From Candidatus Epulonipiscium sp. (GTDB lineage: Bacteria > Bacillota > Clostridia > Lachnospirales > Defluviitaleaceae), in assembly GCA_012521175.1 (NCBI GenBank), contig JAAYMW010000036.1, positions 1 through 60,653 of the forward strand: 60,653 bases of DNA, written 5' to 3'. The first letter of the stretch is position 1. Every line of letters starts with the position of its first letter. A model generated the notes under the pieces. It did not search any database. It had not been told where the DNA came from and saw only the letters and a program-made list of their open reading frames with translations. A program made the position numbers and the translations under genes. Of this stretch, positions 30,379 to 41,250 are shown in pieces.

Positions 30379-31797
30379 ATGATGGATCAAGAGTTTTGGG
30401 ATGATAAATTTCACGATGAATGTGGTATATTTGGAATCTATAATAAAAACAATTTTAATCCGGCTGAAATGACTTATTTTGGATTATATGCTTTGCAGCA
30501 CAGGGGCCAGGAAAGCGCAGGCATAGCAGTCAATGACAATGGTACAATTATTTATCATAAAGAAATGGGGATGGTCCCGGAAGTTTTTGATGATGTAATC
30601 ATTAGGCACCTGCAGGGTAAAGTTGCCATAGGCCATGTCAGATATTCAACTGCAGGAGAAAGCTTAAAGGAAAATGCGCAGCCCTTGGTGGTCAAATATA
30701 CTAAAGGACATATGGCAGTAGCCCATAATGGGAATTTAGTGAATGCGAATCAAATTAGAGCGGATTTAGAAACAAAAGGATGCATCTTTCAAACAACTAC
30801 CGATTCGGAGGTTATAGCAGCTCTTCTTTCAAGGGAGCGCATCAAACATCACAGTATCGAAGATTCATTGGTGGAAGTCATGAAACAAGTAAAAGGAGCC
30901 TATTCCCTTTTGGTTATGACACCTCATAAACTCATTGCTGCAAGAGACCCATTGGGGATGAGGCCTCTATGTATCGGGAAAAAAGAAGATTCATATATCT
31001 TTGCTTCAGAAACAGCAGCTTTGGAAACCGTAGGCGCAGAGTTTATAAGAGATGTCAATCCCGGAGAAATTGTGGTAGTGAATGAAGACAATCTTCGTTC
31101 CATTCAAACTGAAGTTTCGGAAGCCTCCAGGATGTGCATTTTTGAATATATTTATTTTGCTCGTCCCGATAGCGTGATAGATGGCGCCTCTGTCTATGAG
31201 GCAAGGCTGGAGGCAGGAAAAATCTTAGCAAGAGAATTTCCGGTAGACGCAGATTTGGTGATTGGAGTGCCGGATTCAGGACTGGTGGCAGCCCTTGGAT
31301 ATGCAAGGGAAAGCGGCATACCTTACGGTGAGGGTTTAATGAAAAACCGCTACATTGGGAGAACCTTTATTCAGCCAAGTCAGGGGATGCGGGAACAAAG
31401 TGTGAGACTTAAGCTCAATCCTTTTAGAAATCAGGTAGAAGGAAAGAGAATTATTCTGATAGATGATTCCATTGTAAGAGGAACTACCAGCAAACGGATT
31501 GTAAAAATGTTAAAAGATGCAGGAGCAAAAGAAGTGCATATGAGAATCAGTTCGCCTCCGGTTAAGTATCCCTGTTATTTTGGAATTGATACCCCTCACA
31601 GGCAGCATTTAATCGCTTGCCATAACACGGTGGAGGAGATTGCAGAAACCATAGGGGCAGATACCCTGCAGTTTTTAAGCATCGAGGGACTTAAGAAAAC
31701 ACCCATAGGCGCCAGATGCGGTTTTTGCACAGCTTGCTTTGATGGAAATTATCCTATTAAAGTTTCAAAGGAGGAAAAATATGAGTCTAAATTATAA
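30379..31797 (+). CDS. purF: Amidophosphoribosyltransferase
   Basis: Propeptide followed by ECGIFG; [10 protein letters not shown] and [11 protein letters not shown] motifs; Fe-S cysteines. The exact start (30376, 30379 or 30382) is uncertain. Confidence 0.96.
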   Translation: MMDQEFWDDKFHDECGIFGIYNKNNFNPAEMTYFGLYALQHRGQESAGIAVNDNGTIIYHKEMGMVPEVFDDVIIRHLQGKVAIGHVRYSTAGESLKENAQPLVVKYTKGHMAVAHNGNLVNANQIRADLETKGCIFQTTTDSEVIAALLSRERIKHHSIEDSLVEVMKQVKGAYSLLVMTPHKLIAARDPLGMRPLCIGKKEDSYIFASETAALETVGAEFIRDVNPGEIVVVNEDNLRSIQTEVSEASRMCIFEYIYFARPDSVIDGASVYEARLEAGKILAREFPVDADLVIGVPDSGLVAALGYARESGIPYGEGLMKNRYIGRTFIQPSQGMREQSVRLKLNPFRNQVEGKRIILIDDSIVRGTTSKRIVKMLKDAGAKEVHMRISSPPVKYPCYFGIDTPHRQHLIACHNTVEEIAETIGADTLQFLSIEGLKKTPIGARCGFCTACFDGNYPIKVSKEEKYESKL

Positions 31798-32812
31798 GGC
31801 TTCCGGAGTGGATGTAGAAGCAGGATATGAAGCAGTCCGATTAATGAAAGACCATGTAAAAAGCACATTTCGCCCAGAGGTATTAACCGACATCGGAGGC
31901 TTTGGAGGGTTGTTTTCCATTGGGAATCAAAAGATGAAAGAACCGGTACTTGTGTCGGGAACTGACGGCGTTGGAACCAAGCTTAAAATTGCTTTTTTAA
32001 TGGATAAGCATGATACAGTAGGAATAGATTGCGTTGCCATGTGTGTGAATGATGTGATATGTTCCGGGGCTGAGCCTCTTTTTTTCTTAGATTATATCGC
32101 ATGTGGAAAAAACCTGCCTAAGAAGATTGCCCTTATTGTAAAAGGAGTTGCTGAAGGGTGCAGGCAGGCGGGCGCTGCTCTTATAGGGGGAGAGACAGCA
32201 GAAATGCCTGGATTCTATCCTCAGGATGAATATGATATAGCGGGCTTTTGCGTGGGTATAGTAGATAAAGAAAAAATCATAGATGGAAGCAGCATTCAAC
32301 AAGGGGATGTGCTTATTGGCATCGCTTCCAGCGGGATTCACAGCAATGGGTTCTCTTTGGTTAGAAAAATTTTTAATCCCAGCAATGAAAATTTGTGTGA
32401 ATATATTGAAAAATTGGGCTGCACCCTGGGGGAAGAACTTTTAAAACCCACTAAAATATATGTAAAAGCCATTCAAAGACTAAAACAAGAGGTTAACATA
32501 AAAGGCATCAGCCATATTACTGGTGGCGGTTTTATAGAAAATATTCCTAGAATGCTGCCTAAAGGCCTGGGAGCAAGGATTCAGGAAGGAAGTTGGGATA
32601 TCCTGCCGGTATTTGAAATGATGCAGGAGCTTGGAAATATCGACAGAAGACATATGTATAATACATTTAATATGGGTATTGGAATGGTTTTGGCCATAGA
32701 TGAAAGTGAAAAAGAAAAAGCCCTTTTGGTACTAAAAGAAGCGGGAGAAAAAGCTTATGTTATCGGAAGTGTTTCAGAAAGTGAAACAGAGGTGGAGTTA
32801 TGCTTAAAATAG
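31781..32812 (+). CDS. purM: AIR synthetase
   Basis: [24 protein letters not shown] and HITGGG motifs; ATG 31781 follows AGGAGG. Confidence 0.96.
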   Translation: MSLNYKASGVDVEAGYEAVRLMKDHVKSTFRPEVLTDIGGFGGLFSIGNQKMKEPVLVSGTDGVGTKLKIAFLMDKHDTVGIDCVAMCVNDVICSGAEPLFFLDYIACGKNLPKKIALIVKGVAEGCRQAGAALIGGETAEMPGFYPQDEYDIAGFCVGIVDKEKIIDGSSIQQGDVLIGIASSGIHSNGFSLVRKIFNPSNENLCEYIEKLGCTLGEELLKPTKIYVKAIQRLKQEVNIKGISHITGGGFIENIPRMLPKGLGARIQEGSWDILPVFEMMQELGNIDRRHMYNTFNMGIGMVLAIDESEKEKALLVLKEAGEKAYVIGSVSESETEVELCLK

Positions 32813-33426
32813 GGGCATTGGTTTCAGGAGGCGGAACCAATCTTCAGGCCATCATCAATGGGATTGAGAGCGGATATATCAAAAATGCCCAACTTGTAAC
32901 CGTTGTCAGTAATAAGCCCCGGGCTTACGCCCTCGAGAGGGCAAAAAAGCATGGGATAGAAGGCGTTTGTATTGCACCTAAAGATTTTAGCGACAAAGAA
33001 GCATTTAATCTTGCACTCATTAGACATTTTGAAGAAAGACAAGTAGATCTGATAGTGATGGCTGGTTATTTAGTGGTAGTCGGAGAAAGCTTTGTAAAGC
33101 ATTTTAAGAACCGGATTATGAACATTCACCCTTCTTTAATCCCCTCCTTTTGTGGGGATGGCTATTATGGCCTGAAAGTCCACCAGGCGGTTTTAGAAAG
33201 AGGGGTTAAAATTACCGGTGCGACGGTACATTTTGTTGATGAAGGTACCGATACGGGGCCAATAATTTTACAGAAGGCTGTTGAAGTAAAGCAAGGGGAC
33301 ACGGCAGAAACTCTTCAAAAAAGAGTTATGGAAGAAGCAGAATGGATTATCTTTCCCGAAGCCATTAGATTATATGCAGAAGGAAAGTTAAAAGTACAGG
33401 ATCATAAGGTTATCGTTTGCGAGTAG
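32800..33426 (+). CDS. purN: GAR transformylase
   Basis: [21 protein letters not shown] and [17 protein letters not shown] motifs. Confidence 0.96.
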   Translation: MLKIGALVSGGGTNLQAIINGIESGYIKNAQLVTVVSNKPRAYALERAKKHGIEGVCIAPKDFSDKEAFNLALIRHFEERQVDLIVMAGYLVVVGESFVKHFKNRIMNIHPSLIPSFCGDGYYGLKVHQAVLERGVKITGATVHFVDEGTDTGPIILQKAVEVKQGDTAETLQKRVMEEAEWIIFPEAIRLYAEGKLKVQDHKVIVCE

Positions 33427-33466
33427 CTATGGAACTAAAATTACCAACAATAACGGAGGTAAGTTT

Positions 33467-34726
33467 ATGAAAGTATTGGTTGTTGGCAGCGGCGGAAGAG
33501 AACATGCAATTGTATGGAAAATATCTCAAAGCAAAAAAGTATCTAAAATATATTGTGCGCCAGGGAATGGGGGAATACAGTCTCTGGCAGAATGCGTAGA
33601 TATAAAAGCTACAGATATTGAAGCTTTGGCGGATTTTGCACAGAATGAACAGATTGATTTTACCATTGTGGGGATGGATGACCCTTTAATGCTTGGAATT
33701 GTGGATAAATTTCAGGAAAGAGGATTAAAAATCTTTGGACCAACAAAAAAGGCAGCTCTTATTGAAGGCAGCAAGGCATTTTCAAAGGACCTTATGAAAA
33801 AATACAATATTCCAACAGCAGCCTATGAGGTTTTTGAAGATTCTAAAGCAGCCATCGAGTACTTAAAGACTCAGCCTTTTCCCATTGTCGTAAAGGCTGA
33901 CGGATTGGCCCTTGGAAAAGGGGTTTTAATCTGCAACAGTTTCGAGGAAGCAAAAGATGCCGTATATGCCATTATGGAAGAAAAACAGTTCGGAGAAGCA
34001 GGTAGTAAGGTAGTTATAGAAGAATTTATGGAAGGGCAGGAAGTCTCCATATTGTCCCTTTGTGACGGTAATACCATTATTCCAATGGTCAGTGCTCAGG
34101 ACCATAAGAGAGCTTTAGACAATGATCAAGGGCTTAATACTGGAGGGATGGGAACCTTTTCCCCCAGCCGTGTTTATACAAAAGAGATGAATGACTACTG
34201 TATGGAGAAAATCTTTAAGCCTACATTGGATGCCATGAGAGAAGAGGGAAGACCTTTTACGGGAATACTATTTTTTGGACTTATGCTTACAAAGGACGGA
34301 GTTAAAGTATTGGAATACAATGCACGGTTTGGAGATCCTGAAGCCCAAGTGGTTCTTCCAAGATTAAAAGGAGATCTGCTAGAAATTTTAGAAGCCTGTG
34401 TAGATCAAAGATTACATGAAATTAAGGTGGAATGGGAAGACAATGCAGCGGTATGTGTTGTTTTAGCTTCAGGAGGCTATCCTCTTTCCTACGAAAAAGG
34501 CTATCCTATTTCGGGACTAGAAGCATTTAAAGATTCGGAAGACACGATGATCTTCCATGCCGGGACAGCTAAAAAAGGCGGCCAAATCATAACAAATGGA
34601 GGCAGGGTCCTGGGAGTAACAGGGATAGCTAAAACTCTGGATGAAGCCATCAAAACAGCTTATCAAGGGGTAGAAAAGATTTATTTTGAGAAAATGCATT
34701 ATAGAAAAGATATTGGAGTAAAATAA
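33467..34726 (+). CDS. purD: GAR synthetase
   Basis: GSGGREHA, KADGLALGKGV, NTGGMG and EYNARFGDPE motifs. Confidence 0.97.
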   Translation: MKVLVVGSGGREHAIVWKISQSKKVSKIYCAPGNGGIQSLAECVDIKATDIEALADFAQNEQIDFTIVGMDDPLMLGIVDKFQERGLKIFGPTKKAALIEGSKAFSKDLMKKYNIPTAAYEVFEDSKAAIEYLKTQPFPIVVKADGLALGKGVLICNSFEEAKDAVYAIMEEKQFGEAGSKVVIEEFMEGQEVSILSLCDGNTIIPMVSAQDHKRALDNDQGLNTGGMGTFSPSRVYTKEMNDYCMEKIFKPTLDAMREEGRPFTGILFFGLMLTKDGVKVLEYNARFGDPEAQVVLPRLKGDLLEILEACVDQRLHEIKVEWEDNAAVCVVLASGGYPLSYEKGYPISGLEAFKDSEDTMIFHAGTAKKGGQIITNGGRVLGVTGIAKTLDEAIKTAYQGVEKIYFEKMHYRKDIGVK

Positions 34727-34756
34727 AAGTTTCATGTATCCAACATGAAACTTTTT
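34725..34756 (+). terminator. Intrinsic terminator after purD
   Basis: AAAAGTTTCATGT/ACATGAAACTTTT perfect stem. Confidence 0.8.
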
Positions 34757-34918
34757 GCCTGTTTTCATCATTCACCACGTACACTCTGTTTCAAAACACA
34801 GATATATTTTGGGTTTACAAAATCTACATAAATAATAGTGTTTATTTTTTGAAAGATTACAAATAATAAAGACAAGTAGACTTAAAATATGCCAAGACAC
34901 TTCAAGGTGGGAATTTGA

Positions 34919-35092
34919 ATGCCATATGGACAAGTATCTAGTGAACTTAGGGCAAAAATTGAACAGGTGAGGGAACGTTTAAATCATTTAATTGATTGGG
35001 ATGGCAGTAATATTTCTGATCTTGAAATTTTAAAGTTAAGCCAAAAGCTGGACGATTTACTGGTTGAGTATTTAAAAGAGCAGCATAAATAA
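34919..35092 (+). CDS. Spo0E-like aspartyl-phosphate phosphatase, 57 aa (not in the ORF track)
   Basis: MPYGQVSSELRAKIEQVRERLNHLIDWDGSNISDLEILKLSQKLDDLLVEYLKEQHK contains the IE..R..L and SQxLD..L..Y signature. It has an AAGGTGGG RBS and is followed by a terminator. Confidence 0.85.
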   Translation: MPYGQVSSELRAKIEQVRERLNHLIDWDGSNISDLEILKLSQKLDDLLVEYLKEQHK

Positions 35093-35119
35093 AGCAGGGA
35101 GAGTATCCCTGCTTTATTT
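35087..35119 (+). terminator. Terminator (likely bidirectional)
   Basis: AAATAAAGCAGGGA/TCCCTGCTTTATTT perfect 14-bp stem. Confidence 0.8.
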
Positions 35120-35252
35120 ATTGTATAGGAAATTCCTACGAATTTCCTATGCAATAAAAAGCCCTTTGGGCAGAATGCGCCTCCGCGCATATTGTATTTT
35201 GTCGGCTTTGCCGACCGCGCTCGGCACGAGAGTTTCCTTGCGAAACTCTTTT
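35117..35252 (+). repeat. Modular hairpin repeat, copy 3 (full, modules A-F)
   Basis: TTATTGTATAGGAAATT..AATTTCCTATGCAATAA, GCCCTTTGGGC, ATGCGC-CTCC-GCGCAT, GTCGGC-TTT-GCCGAC, CGCGCTCGGCACG and AGAGTTTC-CTTGC-GAAACTCT. Confidence 0.92.
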
Positions 35253-36327
35253 AGGTTAAGGCAATTTCTGCATGAGTCACTAATTCATTCATTAATTGCT
35301 TAACAGATATGATTTTATTGAGTTTATAGGCATTGGTCCCTGTAAAAATCAGACCATTCTTTATATCGCCTTTAACCGCTTGGATGAGTGCTTTTGAAAT
35401 ACAATAAGGGGTCGCAGCAGGATTACAGGGTTTTAGGCAGTTGTAGCATTTCGTTACTTTTTGACTCGCTTCTTCCACTGCTTTTATTAATTCGTTTCGG
35501 ATAGCTCTGCCAGGCATACCAACAGGACTTTTAACGATCTGAATATCCTCTCTGGAAGCCCTAAGATAAGCTTCTTTATAGTTTTCATGGGCATCACATT
35601 CATGGGTTGCAACAAATCTTGTTCCCATCTGAACCCCCGATGCGCCTAGCTTTATAAATTTCGCAATATCCTTTCCGTCAAAAATACCTCCTGCAGCAAT
35701 CACAGGTATTTTCTTATTGTATTTTTCTTCAAAGGGTTTGATGGCTGCCAATACATCTTTGATGATATCGACCAAGTTGGGCAGGGGATTTAAGTTCAGC
35801 TGATCAAGGGAAAAACCTAAATGGCCTCCTGCATCAGGACCCTCTACAATCAATGCATCGGGAAGGTATTGATATTTTTTATCCCACATTTTAGTAATAA
35901 CAGAAGCTGCTTTTCCTGAAGAGACAATGGGAATAATTTTTGAAGCAGAGTTTTTGACAAGTTCAGGCAGATCTATAGGAAGTCCTGCGCCGCATATAAT
36001 CAGGTCAATTTTTTCTTTTACCGCAGTCAGGACCAGTTCTTTATAACTGTTCATTGCTGTTAAGATGTTTACCCCGATGATACCTTTAGGGCTTAATTCT
36101 CTTGCTTTTCTTATTTCCTTCTGGAGCCCTCTGATATTTGCAGCAAGATTGTTTGTTTCAAAATCAGGTTCATTAAATCCAATCTGTACACCGGAAATGA
36201 CTCCAATGCCTCCTTCGTTTGCCACGGCAGAAGCTAATTTAGATCTTGATATGCCTACCCCCATACCACCTTGTATAATAGGAATATCTGCAATGAGATT
36301 TCCTATTTTCAATGAAGGAAGTTTCAT
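35251..36327 (-). CDS. Nitronate monooxygenase/FabK-superfamily FMN enzyme, FabX-like with a C-terminal Cys cluster
   Basis: IIQGGMGVGIS, EGPDAGGHLG, IAAGGI, GVQMGTRF, SPVGMPGRA and CYNCLKPC..YCI motifs. Confidence 0.8.
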   Translation of the reverse strand: MKLPSLKIGNLIADIPIIQGGMGVGISRSKLASAVANEGGIGVISGVQIGFNEPDFETNNLAANIRGLQKEIRKARELSPKGIIGVNILTAMNSYKELVLTAVKEKIDLIICGAGLPIDLPELVKNSASKIIPIVSSGKAASVITKMWDKKYQYLPDALIVEGPDAGGHLGFSLDQLNLNPLPNLVDIIKDVLAAIKPFEEKYNKKIPVIAAGGIFDGKDIAKFIKLGASGVQMGTRFVATHECDAHENYKEAYLRASREDIQIVKSPVGMPGRAIRNELIKAVEEASQKVTKCYNCLKPCNPAATPYCISKALIQAVKGDIKNGLIFTGTNAYKLNKIISVKQLMNELVTHAEIALT

Positions 36328-36343
36328 CCTACCACTCCTCTTT

Positions 36344-36400
36344 TTTGAAAATCAAATATTTTGATAGTCAAAGTATATAGGAAAAAAGCTACCCTGTCAA
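36344..36400 (-). promoter_or_regulatory. SigA promoter with tandem TTTGA-N3-TCAAA operators (FabT-like)
   Basis: Minus strand TTGACA(36400)-N17-TATACT(36377). Palindromes TTTGAAAATCAAA (36344-36356) and TTTGATAGTCAAA (36360-36372). Confidence 0.7.
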
Positions 36401-36450
36401 CGGGTACGCTCAATAAGTAGGAAACCAGCTTCTTTAATAATGTCTGTCGT

Positions 36451-37335
36451 TTAATGGAGAAGGCTGATGAATTTTTTGGCTCCGATAGGAAGTGGGATAT
36501 GTTTATGGGTTATAATGCCTAAACTTCTTTCAGGAATTTCTTCCTCTATATTGACAATGAATACTTCTCCTTTCTTAAGCTGTTCTTTAATACAATTTTT
36601 CCATACAAACGTAATACCAAGGCCAATCTTTGACATTTCAACCAGGAGGTCAATGCTGCCCAATTCAATTTCAGGGATAATGTTGACATTATTTTCTGCC
36701 AACATTGAGTCAAAAAATTCCCTTGTAGTGGTTTTCTTCTCCAGCATAAGAAAAGGATATTTTTCCAGTTCTTTTAAAGACACTATGCGGTTCTCTAATT
36801 CTTTAAACTGCATTCCTGCGATAAAAACATCCTGAATCGGTTTGATTGGCTTTACTTCCATAGAGGAGGAAACGTAATGATTGGGGAGATTGGATACAAT
36901 AAAATCCACACTGCCTTGCTTTAATAAATCCACACATTTAGGAGATGTTCCATTGGTAACAAGAATTTTAATTTTAGGATACATTCTATGAAATGTCTTA
37001 AAGTAGGGCATAAGATAGTATTTACATATGGTATCGCTGGCGCCTATACGGACTTCTCCCTGTTCCAGGGAATGAATTTCGTCAATGGTACGTTCAGCAC
37101 TTTTAATCAGATTATATGCCTGTTCTATGTGTTGAAACAAAATTTCACCGTCTTTTGTAAGCTTTACTTGCTTCGTATTTCTAAAAAATAATTGAATGTT
37201 TAATTTTTCCTCAAGAGTTTTTATGGATTGGCTTACAGCAGACTGAGAAATGAAAAGTTTTGCGGCTGCTTCAGAAAAACTTAGGGAGGAGGCAACATGA
37301 TAAAACACTTTATACAATTCGAAATTAATATCCAT
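36451..37335 (-). CDS. LysR family transcriptional regulator
   Basis: SFSEAAAKLFISQSAVSQSIKTLE..LFFR HTH; 294 aa. Confidence 0.93.
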   Translation of the reverse strand: MDINFELYKVFYHVASSLSFSEAAAKLFISQSAVSQSIKTLEEKLNIQLFFRNTKQVKLTKDGEILFQHIEQAYNLIKSAERTIDEIHSLEQGEVRIGASDTICKYYLMPYFKTFHRMYPKIKILVTNGTSPKCVDLLKQGSVDFIVSNLPNHYVSSSMEVKPIKPIQDVFIAGMQFKELENRIVSLKELEKYPFLMLEKKTTTREFFDSMLAENNVNIIPEIELGSIDLLVEMSKIGLGITFVWKNCIKEQLKKGEVFIVNIEEEIPERSLGIITHKHIPLPIGAKKFISLLH

Positions 37336-37469
37336 TTATTATTTCTCCTTATAAAAGATATTAGAATTATTAATTTTATTTATTAATCTTACCATGATAC
37401 AATGAAGTTGTAAACACCGTAAAGTCTATTTGAGCTATGGAATAGATAATAAAAATGGGGGTTAAAGCC

Positions 37470-40400
37470 ATGCATACTGTAAGAAGAATATTTGTGCAAA
37501 AGAAATCCGGTTTTGATGTGGAAGCAAAACATTTATATACCGATTTAAAAGAAAATTTGCAGATTCATACTTTAGAAGATGTCAGGATTGTAAATCGCTA
37601 TGATATAGAAGGGATAGATGAGGAAGCCTACAATCAAGCCAGAACCACGATTTTTTCAGAACCTCCCGTGGATATGGTCTATGATGAAGAATTGCCCGTA
37701 GACGATAATGAAAGAATTTTTGCTGTGGAATATCTTCCGGGACAGTATGACCAGAGGGCGGATTCTGCTGCGCAGTGTATTCAGATTTTAACTCGTAAAG
37801 AAAAACCTGTGATTCGTACAGCTAAGGTCATTTGCCTTAAAGGACATATAACGGATGAACAGTTTGCTGCTATAAAAAATTACTGTATTAATACTATAGA
37901 TTCCAGAGAAGCTGCTTTAGAGAAGCCGAAAACTTTGGATATGGAGTTTTCTGTTCCTGAGGAAGTGGAAAACTTAAATGGCTTTATCCATTTATCCCAT
38001 GATCAGCTGGAGAGCTTAAGGAACGAATTAGGATTAGCCATGAGTTTTGATGATATTGTATTCTGTCAGACTTATTTTAGGGAAGAGGAAAAAAGAGACC
38101 CCAGCATTACGGAAATAAGAGTACTGGACACCTATTGGTCTGATCACTGCAGACATACGACTTTCCTTACTAAAATAGACACTATTGAAATCGAAGAAGG
38201 ACATTTTTCAACGCCTATTAAAAAGGCTTACCAGGAGTACTTAGAAGGCAGAAATATAGTGTACGGACAGAAGCAAAAAGATATTTGTCTTATGGATATA
38301 GCCCTTATGGGAATGAAGGAATTAAGAAAGCAGGGAAAACTGGAAGACCTTGAAGTATCCGATGAAATAAATGCCTGCAGCATAAAAGTTAAGGTTGATG
38401 TGAATGGTGAAGATGAAGAATGGCTTGTGATGTTTAAGAATGAAACCCATAATCATCCCACAGAAATAGAACCCTTTGGAGGAGCTGCTACTTGCCTTGG
38501 CGGCGCAATAAGAGACCCATTGTCCGGAAGAGCTTATGTGTACCAGGCCATGCGTGTAACAGGCAGCGGGGACCCAAGAATTTCCGTACAGGATACCTTA
38601 CCCGGAAAGCTGCCTCAAAGAAAAATCACAACAGGAGCCGCCCACGGTTATAGTTCCTATGGGAATCAAATAGGCCTTGCCACCGGTCATGTAGCGGAAA
38701 TTTATGATGAGGGCTATGTGGCAAAAAGAATGGAAATTGGTGCGGTAATCGCAGCAGCACCTAAGAAAAATGTCGTACGCGGTGTACCGGAAGAAGGAGA
38801 TGTGATTATTCTTCTTGGGGGAAGAACAGGAAGGGATGGCTGCGGCGGGGCAACAGGCTCATCTAAGGAACATACAGAGGAATCCCTGACCACCTGCGGT
38901 GCTGAAGTACAAAAAGGAAATCCACCAACAGAGCGTAAAATCCAAAGATTATTCAGAAACCCTAAAGTAAGCACCATGATTAAACGCTGCAACGATTTTG
39001 GTGCCGGAGGGGTATCCGTTGCCATTGGGGAATTGGCAGATGGGTTGGAAATTAATCTGAATGCGATACCAAAAAAATACGAAGGGCTGGATGGAACAGA
39101 ACTGGCGATATCCGAATCCCAGGAAAGAATGGCAGTGGTGATTGAGCGGGAAAATGTAGAAAAATTTATTGCCCTTACAGAAGAAGAAAATTTAGAAGCT
39201 GTAGTGGTTGCCAGAGTAACTTCTGACAACAGATTAAAAATGTTCTGGAATGGTAAGCCCATTGTAGATATCAGCAGGGAGTTTTTAAATACCAATGGTG
39301 CCAGCCAAAGGGCAGATAGTTTTGTGGCCGCGCCAGAAGAACATAAAAACTACTTTAGTTTAATTAAAGAAGATATTAAAGATAAACTTGAAGACCTGAA
39401 AGATGCCTGGCTTACCAACTTAAAAGATTTAAATGTATGCAGCCAAAAAGGGCTTGTAGAACGCTTTGACAGTACCATTGGGGCTGGAACAGTACTTATG
39501 CCTTTTGGAGGGAAATACCAGTTAACCCCTGCAGAATGCATGGTTGCTAAAATACCTGTATTAAACGGTGATACAAAAAGCGGAACCATTATGAGTCATG
39601 GCTACAATCCCAGATTATCCAAGTGGAGTCCTTTCCATGGGGCAGTATATGCCATTATAGAAGCTGTGGCAAAAGTTGTTGCAGCAGGAGGAGATTATAA
39701 GAGTATTCGATTAACCCTCCAGGAATACTTTGAACGTTTAGGGAAAGATCCCAAAAGATGGGGCAAACCTTTAGCGGCCTTACTTGGAGCATATTATGTG
39801 CAAAAGAAATTAGGCACTGCGGCAATTGGCGGAAAAGACAGTATGTCAGGAACTTTTAAAGATTTAGACGTTCCGCCTACTCTTACGGCTTTTGCAGTGG
39901 ATATGGTCAATGTGGACCATGTTATTTCTCCGGAATTTAAAAAAGGTGGAAGCAAAGTCGTCTATGTTCCTCTTAGAAGAGATGATTTTGAACTGCCGGA
40001 TTTTGAAGAGTTGGATAGAAATTATTCCGCTATAACAAAGCTTATTGGGGAAGGGAAAATCCTGTCTGCCCATACAGTAAAATTAGGGGGTATCGCTGAA
40101 GCCATAAGCAAAATGAGTTTCGGAAATAAAATAGGCATGAAATTTACAAAAAAAATTAACTCGAAAGACCTGTTTACTCCCAATTATGGTTCCCTTGTTC
40201 TTGAAATAGAGGAAGAAGATATTATGCTGCTTAAGGATATCAACTATATTGTATTAGGAGAAACACAAGACAGCCCATATATTAAAATGAATGATATAGA
40301 AATTTCTCTTGAAGAAATGCTGAAAGCTTGGGAAGAACCGCTAGAAAAAATATTCCCCACAAAAGTCGAAGAAGTAAAAGAAAAGCCTGTTCGTAAGATG

Positions 40401-41240
40401 TATACTCAAAGAAGTCTTAACAAAGCCAAAGTTAAAATAGCAAAACCAAGAATTTTTATTCCGGTATTCCCTGGCACCAATTGCGAGTATGATACTCAAA
40501 GAGCTTTTGAAGAAGCAGGGGGAGTCGTTCATATTTCGGTATTTAAAAATTTAATGCCTTCCCATATAGAAGAATCTATTGATCAAATGATTAAAGAAAT
40601 TAATAACGCTCAAATTATTATGATTCCCGGAGGCTTTAGTGCCGGAGATGAACCGGAAGGAAGCGGCAAATTCATAGCCACTGTATTTAGAAATCCGAAA
40701 ATCAAAGAAGCACTCATGAATTTTCTCAACCATAGGGATGGTTTGATGCTTGGTATTTGTAACGGTTTCCAGGCGCTGATTAAATTAGGTCTGGTTCCTT
40801 ATGGTGAGATAAGAGATATGGATTCTGATTGTCCGACCCTTACGTTTAACACCCTTGGACGTCATGTATCCCATATGGCTGCAACAAAAATTGTATCTGT
40901 AAAGTCTCCCTGGTTTGCCAATGTAGAGGCAGGAGACATTCATCAAATTGCCGTATCCCATGGAGAAGGAAGATTTGTTGCATCTGGGGAAATGATGCGT
41001 CAGCTTTTTGAAAATGGGCAAGTGGCAACACAGTATGTAGATTTGGAAGGCAATCCAACCTATGATATTTCATTCAACCCCAACGGTTCCATGAATGCCA
41101 TAGAAGGCATTACAAGCCCCGATGGAAGAATTCTTGGCAAAATGGGGCACTCTGAAAGAATCGGAAGCAATGTGGCTAAAAACATTCCAGGGGCAAAAGA
41201 TCAAAGAATATTCCAGTCAGGTGTTGAATACTTCAGCTAA
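37470..41240 (+). CDS. purL: Phosphoribosylformylglycinamidine synthase (single-chain large form)
   Basis: YWSDHCRH, KNETHNHPTEIEPFGGA, DFGAGG and the glutaminase domain motifs FPGTNC, GICNGFQ and KMGHSER. Start is 37470 or 37455. Confidence 0.96.
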   Translation: MHTVRRIFVQKKSGFDVEAKHLYTDLKENLQIHTLEDVRIVNRYDIEGIDEEAYNQARTTIFSEPPVDMVYDEELPVDDNERIFAVEYLPGQYDQRADSAAQCIQILTRKEKPVIRTAKVICLKGHITDEQFAAIKNYCINTIDSREAALEKPKTLDMEFSVPEEVENLNGFIHLSHDQLESLRNELGLAMSFDDIVFCQTYFREEEKRDPSITEIRVLDTYWSDHCRHTTFLTKIDTIEIEEGHFSTPIKKAYQEYLEGRNIVYGQKQKDICLMDIALMGMKELRKQGKLEDLEVSDEINACSIKVKVDVNGEDEEWLVMFKNETHNHPTEIEPFGGAATCLGGAIRDPLSGRAYVYQAMRVTGSGDPRISVQDTLPGKLPQRKITTGAAHGYSSYGNQIGLATGHVAEIYDEGYVAKRMEIGAVIAAAPKKNVVRGVPEEGDVIILLGGRTGRDGCGGATGSSKEHTEESLTTCGAEVQKGNPPTERKIQRLFRNPKVSTMIKRCNDFGAGGVSVAIGELADGLEINLNAIPKKYEGLDGTELAISESQERMAVVIERENVEKFIALTEEENLEAVVVARVTSDNRLKMFWNGKPIVDISREFLNTNGASQRADSFVAAPEEHKNYFSLIKEDIKDKLEDLKDAWLTNLKDLNVCSQKGLVERFDSTIGAGTVLMPFGGKYQLTPAECMVAKIPVLNGDTKSGTIMSHGYNPRLSKWSPFHGAVYAIIEAVAKVVAAGGDYKSIRLTLQEYFERLGKDPKRWGKPLAALLGAYYVQKKLGTAAIGGKDSMSGTFKDLDVPPTLTAFAVDMVNVDHVISPEFKKGGSKVVYVPLRRDDFELPDFEELDRNYSAITKLIGEGKILSAHTVKLGGIAEAISKMSFGNKIGMKFTKKINSKDLFTPNYGSLVLEIEEEDIMLLKDINYIVLGETQDSPYIKMNDIEISLEEMLKAWEEPLEKIFPTKVEEVKEKPVRKMYTQRSLNKAKVKIAKPRIFIPVFPGTNCEYDTQRAFEEAGGVVHISVFKNLMPSHIEESIDQMIKEINNAQIIMIPGGFSAGDEPEGSGKFIATVFRNPKIKEALMNFLNHRDGLMLGICNGFQALIKLGLVPYGEIRDMDSDCPTLTFNTLGRHVSHMAATKIVSVKSPWFANVEAGDIHQIAVSHGEGRFVASGEMMRQLFENGQVATQYVDLEGNPTYDISFNPNGSMNAIEGITSPDGRILGKMGHSERIGSNVAKNIPGAKDQRIFQSGVEYFS

Positions 41241-41250
41241 ATTAAGAATC

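Noticed and set aside
34984-35303. ORF-track entries over repeat copies (34984..35190, 35121..35303, 29422..29746 region, 53465..53680)
   Set aside because: Their shared peptides (FLCNKKP, FLLHRK, ISYxIKSP) are just translations of the DNA repeat in different frames and strands, with no consistent start, stop or RBS.
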